NCBI GenBank assembly: GCA_045578345.1
Contig: JAZNKB010000006.1
Span: 38,911 to 102,910 of the forward strand
Source of the DNA: Candidatus Onthoplasma sp.
Lineage (GTDB): Bacteria > Bacillota > Clostridia > Christensenellales > UBA1242
Direction: 5' to 3'
DNA length: 64,000 nt
A program made the translations under genes and the position numbers. The first letter of the stretch is position 1; the number at the start of each line of letters is the position of its first letter. Shown in pieces: positions 38,983 through 48,864 of the stretch. The notes under the pieces were generated by a model. That model did not search any database. It saw only the letters and a program-made list of their open reading frames with translations, and was not told where the DNA came from.

Positions 38983-41900
38983 ATGATATCATTTAAAGAA
39001 ATTGAAATGACAGGTTTTAAGTCGTTTGCAGACACAACTCACATCAACTTTGATGGTGGAATCACTGCAATTGTTGGTCCAAACGGTTGTGGCAAGTCAA
39101 ACGTTAGTGATGCAATTCGTTGGGTGCTTGGTGAACAATCAAGCAAAGCTTTGCGTGGTAAGTCTATGCAAGACGTTATTTTTGCTGGAACTGAAAAAAG
39201 AAAGAAACTTTCTTATTGTGAAGTATCTCTTGTTTTTGACAACACTCAAAAATGGTTCAACATTGAATATGATGAAGTGGTGCTCACTCGTAAACTTTAT
39301 AGAAGTGGAGAAAGTGAATACTATTTAAATCGCAAACCATGTCGTCTTAAAGATATTCGTGATATTTTGTATGATAGCGGAATTGGTAAAGATGGTTATT
39401 CAATTATCGGACAAGGTAGAGTTGAAGAAATTATTCAAAGTAAGCCTGAAGAACGTCGTGGCATTTTTGAAGAAGCGGCAGGAATTGCAAAATATAAGGC
39501 AAGAAAAGTTGAAACTGAAAATAGACTTGAAAGAGTGCGTGATAACCTTTCTCGTGCGACTGATATTTTAAATGAAGTTGAACGTAGATTAGGGCCGCTT
39601 AAACGCCAAAGTGAAGATGCTAAAAAGTATCTTGAACTTCGTGATGTTTTAAAGCAAAATGAAATTAATGCTTACATATATCAATTCGATCATGCGGCTC
39701 AAACCAAAGAAGAAATTAACGTTAAACTGGTTGGATATCGCGACAACTTAAATGTTCTCACTCAAACCATGGAAGCAGAACAAGCAAAATATGATAAATC
39801 AATGAATGAAATCAACCAGCTTGATAGACGTGCAAATGAATTACATGAAAAGGTTTTGCAACTTACAATTGCGCTTGAAAAACGTCAAAGTGATTCTAGA
39901 TTGCTTAGTGAACAAGCAAGATATTTAAAAGAACAATTAGATAGATTGAATGCTCAATTAAATTCATACACAATGGATTTGAATCAAAGAAATGCGCTTT
40001 TGAAATCAGCAACCTCTTTAAGAGATGAAGAAAAGGCAAAACTTGATTCATTCCACAAAGAAAGTCAACAAATTGCAAATAAATATATGGAACTTGTTGA
40101 TGAACTTACTAAGAGCGAAGGTGAAAAAGAAGAAAACCAAAGAAATATTATTGATAATCTTGCAAAACTCACAGATGTTAAAGCAAATTTATCTGCATAC
40201 ATTGCAAAACGTGATACAATGCAAGAAAACATTAAGGCAGATAGCGAAAAATTATCGGAATTAAATGTAAATAAAGAATCATTGATCAAAGAAGTTGAAG
40301 AACTAAAAATGCTTGTTTCAGGTTTGAAAGAGAAGAAAGAAAATGGAGAAAAAACAATTTCAAGCACAAACGAAAAAATAAGCAAATTGAATGCTGAACT
40401 TGAAGAACTTAACACAAATATATATAACCTTAAATCTAGCATTTCAAACGACACAAACAGGATGAACATTTTAACTAATTTACAAGCAGATTTTGAAGGT
40501 TATCAATTTGCAGTCAAACGACTTCTTCAAGACGGGAAAAACAATCCTAAGTTGAACAGTGCAATAAAGGGTGTCGTTGGTAATATCATTACAGTTGAAA
40601 GCAAGTTCCAAACAGCAATTGAAATTGCGTTGGGTGGAAGCATACAAAACATTGTAACAAAAGATGAAAACGACGCAAAAGTTTTGATTAATTACCTTAA
40701 AGAAACAAAATTAGGTAGAGCAACATTCTTGCCAATTAGTGCAGTTAAACCAAGAAGTTTAAGCGCAAGCGATAGAAAATACTTAAACGCAACAGGTTGT
40801 TTGGGTGTTGCAAGTGAATTGGTGAAAACTGAAAGTGTATATCGTCCAGTTATTGACAGTTTGCTTGGTTCAACTGTTGTTTGTGACAATCTTGATAATG
40901 CAGTTGCTTTGGCAAAACAAAGCGGATATGCGTTTAGGATTGTAACCCTTGAAGGTGATGTTTTGTCGCCTCAAGGAAGCATGAGCGGTGGATCAAAAAA
41001 GAGCAATGACAGTTCTCTTTTGGGAAAAGAAAACGAAATTAAGAAACTCAAAGAAAACATTGAGGTTCGTTCTCGTGAATTGCAATCTGCAACAAAAGAT
41101 TTTGAAGCAAAAAACAACGAAATGTTTAACTTGAAAATGATTTTAAACAATGAGAACGCAACTCTTCAATCAGTTAGTAGTGAATTCTATTCTAATAATT
41201 CAAAACTTGAGAATTTAACAAGCAATTTAGATAATTTGGAAGATGAAATTTTTGCTATATCTAGTCAACTTAAGATTGCAGAAAATATTGTTTCTGACTT
41301 GAATTCAAAAATCAATTCAATTGATCAAGTGGAACTTGATTATAACGTTTCTCAAGCAAAAGTTAAAGAGTTTAACGATACAAACAAAACTGCATATGAT
41401 GATTTGAAACAAAAGAGAGAAGAATATCAAGAAATCTTAACTGCAAGTAAAGTTAAAATTGCATCAACTGAAGAAAAAATTAAATCACTTGAACAAAGCA
41501 TTGAAAATAATGTTGCAGAAATCAAAGTTTTAGAACAAAACATTGAAAGAGTAACAATTGAAATGAACAGTCAACAAAAGATTTATAACGAAGCAATCAG
41601 CATGAATAAATCAAAGGGTGATGAAAGTGAAGCAAGCAAAATTCAAGAAGAATTAAATGAACTTAACTTAAAACTCGCTCACATGGATGAAACTAAGCAA
41701 ACCCTTATGAAAGAACTCAGAGAACTTGATGATAGAAAAACTGTTTTGGGTAACGATATTACAAAACTTAACAACAGAATTTATCAAGAAGAAACTCGTC
41801 TTCAAAAGGTTGATATTGACATTGAAAATATGCAAGAACGCATATATGAAGAATATGAAATGACTTATAATGACTGCATGCCTTATAAACAAATTGATGA

Positions 41901-42582
41901 AGAATTCGACATCAAGGAAACAATGGCAAAAATAAGCAGAATCAAAGGTCAAATCACAGGTCTTGGTTATGTTAATATAAATGCAATTGAAGAATATAAA
42001 ACTGAAGGAGCGCGTTTTGAAGAAATGAACGCACAAATTCAAGACTTAAAAACGGCAGAAGAAGATGCGGTGAAGATTATTAAAGATTTATCTGCAGAAA
42101 TGCTTGAAAAGTTTGACGCCGAATTTGTTAAAATTCAAGAAAACTTCACAAAAGTGTTTAAAGAATTATTTGGTGGTGGTAATGCTCGTCTTGAATTGTT
42201 ACCAAGTGATGACCCGCTCACTCGTGGTGTTGAAATTATTGCTCAACCACCAGGAAAAGTTCTTCAAAACATCACACTTATGAGTGGTGGAGAAAAAACA
42301 ATGACAGCGATTGCAATTTTGTTTGCAATCTTGAAATTAAAACCAATGCCATTCTGTTTCTTGGACGAAATTGAAGCAGCGTTGGACGACGCAAACATTG
42401 ATCGTTATGCGAACTACTTAAAGCGTTTCAGTCAAGATACTCAATTCATTGTTATCACGCATAGAAAGCCAACAATGGAAGTTGTGGACTCTTTATATGG
42501 TGTTACAATGGAAGAAAAAGGTGTTAGTAAAATCGTGTCTGTTAAACTTGCAGACGCAGTTAAAGTTGTGGAAGGTGAGTAA
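38983..42582 (+). CDS. smc: chromosome segregation protein SMC
   Basis: FKSFA, Walker A GPNGCGKSN, long coiled coils, hinge, signature MSGGEKT, Walker B CFLDEIEAALD. Followed by ftsY. Confidence 0.96.
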   Translation: MISFKEIEMTGFKSFADTTHINFDGGITAIVGPNGCGKSNVSDAIRWVLGEQSSKALRGKSMQDVIFAGTEKRKKLSYCEVSLVFDNTQKWFNIEYDEVVLTRKLYRSGESEYYLNRKPCRLKDIRDILYDSGIGKDGYSIIGQGRVEEIIQSKPEERRGIFEEAAGIAKYKARKVETENRLERVRDNLSRATDILNEVERRLGPLKRQSEDAKKYLELRDVLKQNEINAYIYQFDHAAQTKEEINVKLVGYRDNLNVLTQTMEAEQAKYDKSMNEINQLDRRANELHEKVLQLTIALEKRQSDSRLLSEQARYLKEQLDRLNAQLNSYTMDLNQRNALLKSATSLRDEEKAKLDSFHKESQQIANKYMELVDELTKSEGEKEENQRNIIDNLAKLTDVKANLSAYIAKRDTMQENIKADSEKLSELNVNKESLIKEVEELKMLVSGLKEKKENGEKTISSTNEKISKLNAELEELNTNIYNLKSSISNDTNRMNILTNLQADFEGYQFAVKRLLQDGKNNPKLNSAIKGVVGNIITVESKFQTAIEIALGGSIQNIVTKDENDAKVLINYLKETKLGRATFLPISAVKPRSLSASDRKYLNATGCLGVASELVKTESVYRPVIDSLLGSTVVCDNLDNAVALAKQSGYAFRIVTLEGDVLSPQGSMSGGSKKSNDSSLLGKENEIKKLKENIEVRSRELQSATKDFEAKNNEMFNLKMILNNENATLQSVSSEFYSNNSKLENLTSNLDNLEDEIFAISSQLKIAENIVSDLNSKINSIDQVELDYNVSQAKVKEFNDTNKTAYDDLKQKREEYQEILTASKVKIASTEEKIKSLEQSIENNVAEIKVLEQNIERVTIEMNSQQKIYNEAISMNKSKGDESEASKIQEELNELNLKLAHMDETKQTLMKELRELDDRKTVLGNDITKLNNRIYQEETRLQKVDIDIENMQERIYEEYEMTYNDCMPYKQIDEEFDIKETMAKISRIKGQITGLGYVNINAIEEYKTEGARFEEMNAQIQDLKTAEEDAVKIIKDLSAEMLEKFDAEFVKIQENFTKVFKELFGGGNARLELLPSDDPLTRGVEIIAQPPGKVLQNITLMSGGEKTMTAIAILFAILKLKPMPFCFLDEIEAALDDANIDRYANYLKRFSQDTQFIVITHRKPTMEVVDSLYGVTMEEKGVSKIVSVKLADAVKVVEGE

Positions 42583-42648
42583 TATACTTAGTGTATATTA
42601 CCGCTTTTCTATGCTAAATATAGTATTACTTAATCAAGGAGAATAAAC

Positions 42649-43512
42649 GTGGGAATATTTAAGAAATTTTTTGATAAATTAAAATACACTTTCAAGAGAA
42701 CCGAACTTGATGATGATTTCTATGATGAGTTGGAGTCAATTTTAGTAACCAGTGATATGGGTGCTGAAACTGCAATGGACATCATGGATGAACTTCGTGA
42801 TATATGCAAACAAAAACTTATTAAAGATACTGAGCGTGCTCAAATTGAACTTAAAAACCTGCTTATTGAAAAATTAAATGCAGAAAAGGTTGAATTTTCT
42901 TATCCTTTAATTATCACAATTGTTGGTGTTAACGGCGTTGGAAAAACAACAAGCATTGCAAAAATGACTAAATATTTCCAAAAGGAAAAGAAGTCAGTTC
43001 TTCTTGCGGCAGGCGACACTTTCCGTGCTGCTGCAACTGAGCAACTTAATATGTGGGCAGAGAGATTAAAAACTAAAATTGTTAAACAAGGTGAAGGAGC
43101 AGATAGTGCTGCCGTTGTGTTTGATGCGGTGCATTCTATGAAAGCAAAAGAAACAGATGTGCTTATTGTAGACACAGCGGGTAGATTACACACAAAAACT
43201 AACCTTATGAAAGAATTAGAAAAAATAAACAACGTAGCAACAAGAGAATATCCAGAAGCAAAAAGGTTAAATTTAATTGTTCTTGATGCTTCAATTGGTC
43301 AAAACTCAATAGCGCAAGTTAAAGCCTTTAAAGATAGCGTTAACATTGACGGAATAATACTCACAAAACTTGATGGAACAGCAAAAGGTGGAGTGGTTTA
43401 TCCAATCATTAACGAACTTAAAGTTCCAATCATCTTCACAGGCTTTGGTGAAAGCGTAGACGACCTTGCAGTTTTTGACCCAGAAAGTTTCGTTGACAAA
43501 ATTTTGATGTAG
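42649..43512 (+). CDS. ftsY: signal recognition particle receptor FtsY (NG domains only)
   Basis: GVNGVGKTT, DTAGR, TKLDGTAKGG. GTG start after aaggag. Confidence 0.95.
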   Translation: MGIFKKFFDKLKYTFKRTELDDDFYDELESILVTSDMGAETAMDIMDELRDICKQKLIKDTERAQIELKNLLIEKLNAEKVEFSYPLIITIVGVNGVGKTTSIAKMTKYFQKEKKSVLLAAGDTFRAAATEQLNMWAERLKTKIVKQGEGADSAAVVFDAVHSMKAKETDVLIVDTAGRLHTKTNLMKELEKINNVATREYPEAKRLNLIVLDASIGQNSIAQVKAFKDSVNIDGIILTKLDGTAKGGVVYPIINELKVPIIFTGFGESVDDLAVFDPESFVDKILM

Positions 43513-43587
43513 TGGTGTTCGAGATATTTATCTTTCACTTAGGTTGCTAAAGCAAAAATCGTGAAAGCCAAACATCTCTCACACTCT
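43513..43587 (+). repeat. family B repeat starting at the ftsY stop codon
   Basis: Stem ctttcac (43532-43538) / gtgaaag (43561-43567) around the loop ttaggttgctaaagcaaaaatc. Confidence 0.7.
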
Positions 43588-43621
43588 GTCATCCTGAGCG
43601 TAGTTGAAGGATCCCCTAAAT
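43588..43621 (+). repeat. family A repeat, short form
   Basis: gtcatcctgagcgtagttgaaggatcccctaaat. Confidence 0.85.
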
Positions 43622-43636
43622 TTAAAGGAGAAATAA

Positions 43637-43840
43637 ATGGAAAACAAAAAAATAGTTGAAATAGTTTATACAAATTGGAAAGGTGTTACAGGAATAAGAC
43701 ATATTATCCCAAAAGATATTTTCTTTGGTTCAACAGAGTGGCATAAAGAAGAACAATGGTTGTTAAATGCTTTTGATGTTGACAAACAAGTAGATAGATC
43801 GTTTGCCTTAAAAGACATACAATCTTGGAAGGAAATTTAA
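43637..43840 (+). CDS. hypothetical small protein (67 aa, Trp-rich)
   Basis: SD aaaggag. YTNWKGVTGIRHIIP...FGSTEWH.EEQWLL. Confidence 0.65.
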   Translation: MENKKIVEIVYTNWKGVTGIRHIIPKDIFFGSTEWHKEEQWLLNAFDVDKQVDRSFALKDIQSWKEI

Positions 43841-43851
43841 GGAGAATAAAA

Positions 43852-44268
43852 GTGTTAGAATTTGCAGGAAGATTTAGTAGTCCTAATTTAATGATTAAAC
43901 AGGGTAAGTATTGGTCAGTAATATTCAGAGAAAGCACAACAACACTTGGAAATTGTATTTTAATTTGCAATAGAGAATGTCCAACTTTTTCAGAACTTAA
44001 ATCAGAAGAAATGGAAGAATTTCCGCTTCTTTGTAAGTGGTATGAAGATAAAGTTAAATCATTGTACGGTGCAATTAAGTTTAATTACGTTGCAATGATG
44101 ATGAAAGAAGAATTTGTTCACTTCCATGTTATTCCAAGATATAATAAAGATGTTGAAAAATATGGCTTAATTTGGAAAGACTTGGACTATCCAAAAGGAA
44201 CAACATTATCAAAAATCGAAATTCCAAACGAAGTAAAAGAACAAATTATTAATGATTTAAAGGATTAA
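43852..44268 (+). CDS. HIT-family-like nucleotide hydrolase/transferase
   Basis: VHFHVIPRY histidine-triad-like motif. GTG 43852 behind the ggaga SD preferred over 43825. Confidence 0.7.
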   Translation: MLEFAGRFSSPNLMIKQGKYWSVIFRESTTTLGNCILICNRECPTFSELKSEEMEEFPLLCKWYEDKVKSLYGAIKFNYVAMMMKEEFVHFHVIPRYNKDVEKYGLIWKDLDYPKGTTLSKIEIPNEVKEQIINDLKD

Positions 44269-44269
44269 A

Positions 44270-44581
44270 ATGAACATAGAAGAAAGAGTGCAGATTGCAA
44301 TTTTAACTAAATATTATGGTGGTATGCTCACAGAAAGGCAACAAGATATTTTGAAAATGTATGTTGACAATAATCTTTCATTGTCTGAAGTAAGTGCTGA
44401 ACTAGGGATTTCTAGGCAAGCGGTTAAAGATGCGCTTGATAATTCAATGTTAACACTCAAAAACATTGAAGAAAAGTTGCATTTTATTTCAAGAGATGAT
44501 AATATCAAAAAGCAAATAGAAGACAATCAATCAATTGATATGATGACAAAAATTCAACTAATTTCATTATTGGAGGACTAA
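44270..44581 (+). CDS. ylxM: UPF0122 / YlxM putative DNA-binding protein
   Basis: HTH LSLSEVSAELGISRQAVKDAL. Position immediately upstream of ffh. Confidence 0.9.
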   Translation: MNIEERVQIAILTKYYGGMLTERQQDILKMYVDNNLSLSEVSAELGISRQAVKDALDNSMLTLKNIEEKLHFISRDDNIKKQIEDNQSIDMMTKIQLISLLED

Positions 44582-44582
44582 A

Positions 44583-45929
44583 ATGGCATTATTTTCTAAT
44601 CTTGGCGAAAGATTAAATCATATATTTTCAAAATTAACAAAACACGGAAAACTCACATCTCTTGAAATTAAAGAGGCAATGAGAGAAATTCGTGTGGCAT
44701 TGCTTGAAGCGGATGTTAACTTTAAAGTTGCAAAAGATTTTTGTGCGCAAGTTAGTGAAAAAGCACTTGGTGAAGAAATTTTAAAGAGCTTAACACCGGG
44801 CCAACAGGTAATCAAAATTGTTAGAGATGAATTAACCGCTCTTATGGGTGGCGAAAATCAAAAATTGTTGGTAAGTCCAAAACCACCAACAGTTATTATG
44901 ATGTGTGGTTTGCAAGGTAGTGGTAAAACAACTCTAAGTGGAAAACTAGCTTTAAAACTTAAAAAAGAAGGCAAAAAGCCACTTCTTGTTGCGTGTGATG
45001 TTTATCGTCCAGCTGCAATTGAACAACTTAAAGTGCTTGGAAAATCAATTCAAATTGATGTTTTTGAACGTGGCACTCAAAACCCAACAAAAACAGTTAA
45101 AGAAGCAATTGAATATGCTAACAAATTCGCCATCGACACGGTGATTGTGGACACAGCAGGACGACTTCAAATTGATGAAAAGTTGATGGATGAATTAAAA
45201 GATATCAAAAAGAATATCGACCCAACTGAAATCTTGCTTGTAATTGACTCTATGATTGGTCAAGAAGCAGTGTCAGTTTCAACGGCATTTAACGATGCTC
45301 TTGATGTTACAGGCGTTGTGCTTACAAAAATTGACGGTGACACTCGTGGTGGTGCGGCATTGTCAATCAGAAGTGTAATCGGAAAACCAATCAAATTTGT
45401 TGGTGTGGGTGAAAAGTTAACCGACCTCGAACCTTTCTATCCAGACAGAATGGCATCAAGAATTCTTGGCATGGGAGATGTTTTAACCCTTATCGATAAA
45501 GCGCAAGAAGCGGTGGATGAAGAAACAGCTAAGAAAATGGAGCAAAAGTTTAGAGAAAATAGTTTCGATTTTGATGACTATATCGAACAACTAAATTCTC
45601 TAAAGAAAATGGGAGGACTTAAATCTGTTCTTGGAATGATTCCAGGAATTGGCGGAAAGTTGAACGAAATTGAAAAACAAATTGATGAAAAACAACTTGA
45701 AAAAAATAAGGCAATCATTCAATCTATGACAGCCAAAGAACGCCAAAATCCAGATATAATCAACGGAAGCAGACGTCAAAGAATTGCTAAAGGAGCAGGT
45801 GTTCAAGTTAATGATGTTAACCAACTCATCAAACAATTCAACCAATCTAAAGAAATGATGAAAATGATGAAGAACCCAAAGGCACATGGCGGTAAGATGG
45901 CTATGATGCGTAAATTAATGGGTGGTTAA
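44583..45929 (+). CDS. ffh: signal recognition particle protein Ffh
   Basis: GLQGSGKTT, DTAGR, TKIDGDTRGG. Met-rich M domain. Confidence 0.97.
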   Translation: MALFSNLGERLNHIFSKLTKHGKLTSLEIKEAMREIRVALLEADVNFKVAKDFCAQVSEKALGEEILKSLTPGQQVIKIVRDELTALMGGENQKLLVSPKPPTVIMMCGLQGSGKTTLSGKLALKLKKEGKKPLLVACDVYRPAAIEQLKVLGKSIQIDVFERGTQNPTKTVKEAIEYANKFAIDTVIVDTAGRLQIDEKLMDELKDIKKNIDPTEILLVIDSMIGQEAVSVSTAFNDALDVTGVVLTKIDGDTRGGAALSIRSVIGKPIKFVGVGEKLTDLEPFYPDRMASRILGMGDVLTLIDKAQEAVDEETAKKMEQKFRENSFDFDDYIEQLNSLKKMGGLKSVLGMIPGIGGKLNEIEKQIDEKQLEKNKAIIQSMTAKERQNPDIINGSRRQRIAKGAGVQVNDVNQLIKQFNQSKEMMKMMKNPKAHGGKMAMMRKLMGG

Positions 45930-46036
45930 GATTTATTTTAAAATGCACTTTAATACAACGTATGAATTCCATTCATATGAAAAAACTTATTGGAAATTTA
46001 ATCAATGTGGATAATTCCATAGTTATCAAATAATAT

Positions 46037-46063
46037 AAAAAAACACGCAATTGCGTGTTTTTT
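46037..46063 (+). terminator. bidirectional intrinsic terminator
   Basis: aaaaaaacacgcaa / ttgcgtgtttttt. Confidence 0.8.
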
Positions 46064-46544
46064 AAACTGAGTAATCAGTATTTGAGGAAGTTGATATAAT
46101 GTTTACTTTAAGGATTTGTTTTCGTAATAAAATTAAGTTTTCAAGAATATAACGTAATTCTTTATAATCTCTATAGCAATTTAATTGAGGAATTCCACAA
46201 ATTAAAGTGTCCAAACGATTGCATATGTCATATGGCCATTTACAGAAATCGTCTAAGGAGGATCTGAATTTTAGTAATAATTTTGAGTTGTTTAAATACT
46301 GCTTATTAGCATCTTCTTGAATAGCTTTTAATTTTTTAATAAAAGTTGGTAAGGTTGAAAATGCTTTTTGCAAGTCGCTCATGGTAACTTCAACTGGATG
46401 GTAAGTTGACATAGAAAGATAATAGTAGTGCCAATAAGTGTCAACAATAGGTTGTAAAGCGGCAAGAGTTTCTTCATAAATAGTGTTTGCGTTTAATAAT
46501 GTTTTCTTGAAATTTTGTTTAACTTGATTGTTGAATAATAACAT
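46062..46544 (-). CDS. hypothetical protein (160 aa)
   Basis: Own promoter and aagggtga SD on the minus strand. Helical, Tyr/Leu-rich. No motif recognised. Confidence 0.7.
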   Translation of the reverse strand: MLLFNNQVKQNFKKTLLNANTIYEETLAALQPIVDTYWHYYYLSMSTYHPVEVTMSDLQKAFSTLPTFIKKLKAIQEDANKQYLNNSKLLLKFRSSLDDFCKWPYDICNRLDTLICGIPQLNCYRDYKELRYILENLILLRKQILKVNIISTSSNTDYSV

Positions 46545-46564
46545 GTAATCACCCTTATAACCGC

Positions 46565-46593
46565 ATTATAACAAAAGAGTTTTTGCTTGTCAA
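46565..46593 (-). promoter_or_regulatory. sigma-A-type promoter (minus strand)
   Basis: On the reverse complement: TTGACA, 17-nt spacer, TATAAT. Confidence 0.6.
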
Positions 46594-46644
46594 AATAAAA
46601 ATGTTGTTTTTTTAAAAATTTTAAAAATATTGTCAAAAAACCTA

Positions 46645-46673
46645 TTGACTTTTCATAAATAAAATAATATAAT
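46645..46673 (+). promoter_or_regulatory. sigma-A-type promoter
   Basis: TTGACT, 17-nt spacer, TATAAT. Confidence 0.6.
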
Positions 46674-46694
46674 GACACACGGAAAGGAGAAAGT

Positions 46695-47066
46695 ATGAGC
46701 ATAATTTCAAAAATGTTAGGAGTGTTAGGAATTCACAAAAAAGAAGATTATATGTTGGCTGAATATTTTTCACGAAGAGGTTGCGGTTTAACTTCTTTGA
46801 TAGTAAAAATAGGTAATTTTTATTACGATATTAATAACCATAAATTTGTTGACCCTATATGTTTCACAATGTCAAAAAAATTAAATGAGTACCTTGATAG
46901 AGATCAAATTTTGCAAGATAAAACCAATTTATCAACAATCAAAGCAAAAAAGATTGCAAAAAATCAAGGATATTATAAGGAATTTTTTGAAGAGTGGAAA
47001 GAAGTATATTACAAAGACAAACAATTGCTAGTGGATCCTGATTATTCTTTTTATACAATACTATAA
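46695..47066 (+). CDS. hypothetical protein (123 aa)
   Basis: SD aaaggag, own promoter and terminator. Confidence 0.7.
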   Translation: MSIISKMLGVLGIHKKEDYMLAEYFSRRGCGLTSLIVKIGNFYYDINNHKFVDPICFTMSKKLNEYLDRDQILQDKTNLSTIKAKKIAKNQGYYKEFFEEWKEVYYKDKQLLVDPDYSFYTIL

Positions 47067-47073
47067 ATTATTC

Positions 47074-47109
47074 AACCTTACATTGATTTGAATTGGTGTA
47101 AGGTTTTTT
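47074..47109 (+). terminator. intrinsic terminator
   Basis: aaccttaca / tgtaaggtt hairpin plus T-run. Confidence 0.75.
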
Positions 47110-47141
47110 CTTAATTTTTAAAAAATGTAAGGTAAAACTAC

Positions 47142-47170
47142 TTGACAGCATGAAAATTTTATGCTATACT
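47142..47170 (+). promoter_or_regulatory. sigma-A-type promoter of rpsP
   Basis: TTGACA, 17-nt spacer, TATACT. Confidence 0.6.
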
Positions 47171-47204
47171 GTTGTTAACAAAAATCAAAAAGGAGAAATG
47201 AAAA

Positions 47205-47498
47205 GTGGCAATTAAAATCAGATTAACTCGTTTGGGTGATAAGAAATCTCCATTCTACCGTGTTGTTGTTGCGGACGCTAGAGTGGCTCGTGATGGTCAA
47301 TATATTGAACAAATCGGAACATATAATCCGCTTAAGAACCCAGCTGAAATCAAAATTAACAACGAGTTGGCTCAAAAATGGCTTAAAAATGGTGCTCAAC
47401 CAACAGAAACTGCAAAAACATTATTGCAACATGCTGGTGTTTTAGAAGTTAAAGGTAACAGCACTCCAAAAACAAACAACAAAAAGAAAAAAGCATAA
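47205..47498 (+). CDS. rpsP: 30S ribosomal protein S16
   Basis: [38 protein letters not shown] start. Confidence 0.96.
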   Translation: MAIKIRLTRLGDKKSPFYRVVVADARVARDGQYIEQIGTYNPLKNPAEIKINNELAQKWLKNGAQPTETAKTLLQHAGVLEVKGNSTPKTNNKKKKA

Positions 47499-47508
47499 GG
47501 AGTAGGCT

Positions 47509-47751
47509 ATGCAAGAAATTTTAGAGTACCTTGTGAAAAATCTTGTGTCTAATCCTGATGCGGTTGAAATCACAGCTGAAAATCAAGGTAAAACCAAGGT
47601 TTTCAAAGTTAAAGTTGATAGCAAAGATTTAGGCAGTGTTATCGGTCGCGGTGGCTGTATTGCAAATGCAATCAGAACAGTTGTTAAATCAACAAGCAAC
47701 GATAGACGTATGGTTATCAAATTTGATGAAAAAGAAGAAAATGCGGACTAA
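47509..47751 (+). CDS. KH-domain RNA-binding protein (YlqC family)
   Basis: LV..LV..PD.V.I and GSVIGRGG..ANAIRT. Follows rpsP. Confidence 0.92.
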   Translation: MQEILEYLVKNLVSNPDAVEITAENQGKTKVFKVKVDSKDLGSVIGRGGCIANAIRTVVKSTSNDRRMVIKFDEKEENAD

Positions 47752-47765
47752 TCTCCGCATTTTTG
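47743..47765 (+). terminator. possible weak terminator overlapping the stop codon
   Basis: gcgga / tccgc hairpin plus T-run. Confidence 0.45.
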
Positions 47766-47800
47766 TTTTCTTGAAAAAAGTTTTGTGTTATAATTAATTT

Positions 47801-48298
47801 ATGAATATTGAAAAGTTTAAAATAATTGATTATGAAAGCAAATATGCAAAAGATATTGATGAAATGGAAATAAAACAATGGGGCGTTTGGGGAGAAGAAT
47901 CTATAGATGATTTCGTTGATGAGAATGAAATCATAAGAGTTGCTTTATATGATAATGATTTTGTTGGAGTTTCTTATGGAAACCTTGAAAACGACTTTTT
48001 TTGGATTGATGTAATTTGTATTCTTCCTAAATATCAAAAACAAGGTTTTGGCACTATTATGTTGGATGATATAATTAATGTTGCGAAATCAAAATTTAAT
48101 ATAAAATTAGTTAGAACAGAATCAGTATATATCAATGGAAAAAGCAATTCAAAAAAGATGCTAGAAAATAGAGGTTTTAAAACCTATAAAAAAGAAGAAA
48201 AAGGTTATTGGGGTAAATTGTGGCCAAATGTCTTTTGTACAGAGTGTAACCATTGCCCTTGCGAATGTACAACATTATTTTATGAATTAAAATTATAA
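47801..48298 (+). CDS. GNAT-family N-acetyltransferase with C-terminal Cys cluster
   Basis: ILPKYQKQGFGTIML acetyl-CoA motif. C-terminal CTECNHCPCEC. Extended -10 TGtTATAAT ends 6 nt before the ATG and there is no SD. Confidence 0.8.
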   Translation: MNIEKFKIIDYESKYAKDIDEMEIKQWGVWGEESIDDFVDENEIIRVALYDNDFVGVSYGNLENDFFWIDVICILPKYQKQGFGTIMLDDIINVAKSKFNIKLVRTESVYINGKSNSKKMLENRGFKTYKKEEKGYWGKLWPNVFCTECNHCPCECTTLFYELKL

Positions 48299-48315
48299 TT
48301 TAGTTGAGGTTTCAG

Positions 48316-48864
48316 ATGAAGTTTGAATTAATTACTAAAGATAACATAATGCTAGCAACAAATATTCAATTAAGAATTTTTAAAGATGAAAATGAATGTG
48401 CTTATTTACATTATTTGAATTCTTTTATATGTAATAAAGATTATTACATTGTTTATAAAGCAAATGAACCTGTTGGAATTACAGGACTATACATTGATGA
48501 ATTTACTCAAGAAGATGATGTTGTTTGGCTTGGCTGGTTTGGTGTTCTTCCAGAATATAGAAATAAAGGACTAGGTTGTGAAATTTTATTAAAGTCTTTA
48601 GAACTAGCAAAAGATAAAGGTTTTAAAGTTTTAAGATTATACACTTCTAAAAATAACCAATCAGCTTGCAAATTATATGATAAATTAATGGATTTTGTTG
48701 AAGAATATACGCGAGAAAATATAACTGGTGGAATTGTATATTCTAAATCGTTGATTTCAAATATCTCAGCAAGTAAATTTAGCAATCAATTTCTAAATTT
48801 AAAGTGGCACGATTTAGAACAAAAAGAAGGATATAAGCTTTATAGACAGGAGATAAATAAATGA
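48316..48864 (+). CDS. GNAT-family N-acetyltransferase, paralogue 1
   Basis: WLGWFGVLPEYRNKGLG. ATG 48316 behind the gagg SD preferred over TTG 48304. Confidence 0.8.
   Translation: MKFELITKDNIMLATNIQLRIFKDENECAYLHYLNSFICNKDYYIVYKANEPVGITGLYIDEFTQEDDVVWLGWFGVLPEYRNKGLGCEILLKSLELAKDKGFKVLRLYTSKNNQSACKLYDKLMDFVEEYTRENITGGIVYSKSLISNISASKFSNQFLNLKWHDLEQKEGYKLYRQEINK

Noticed and set aside
40065-40469. Many 60-170 aa ORFs in the six-frame track lie antisense to or out of frame within long genes. Examples are 40065-40469 and 41668-42042 in smc, 35449-35889 in ligA, 58799-59311 in topA and 3621-3956 in thrS.
   Set aside because: They overlap genes with clear conserved motifs, lack SD sequences, and have the Phe/Ile/Leu/Ser/Asn-rich composition expected from reading AT-rich coding DNA in the wrong frame.
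38983-42582. Could the SMC-type ATPase belong to a defence system such as Wadjet or Lamassu?
   Set aside because: It is a full-length canonical SMC in the housekeeping smc-ftsY-ylxM-ffh context, with scpA/scpB elsewhere in the window. No JetA/B/D or LmuA-type partners are adjacent.
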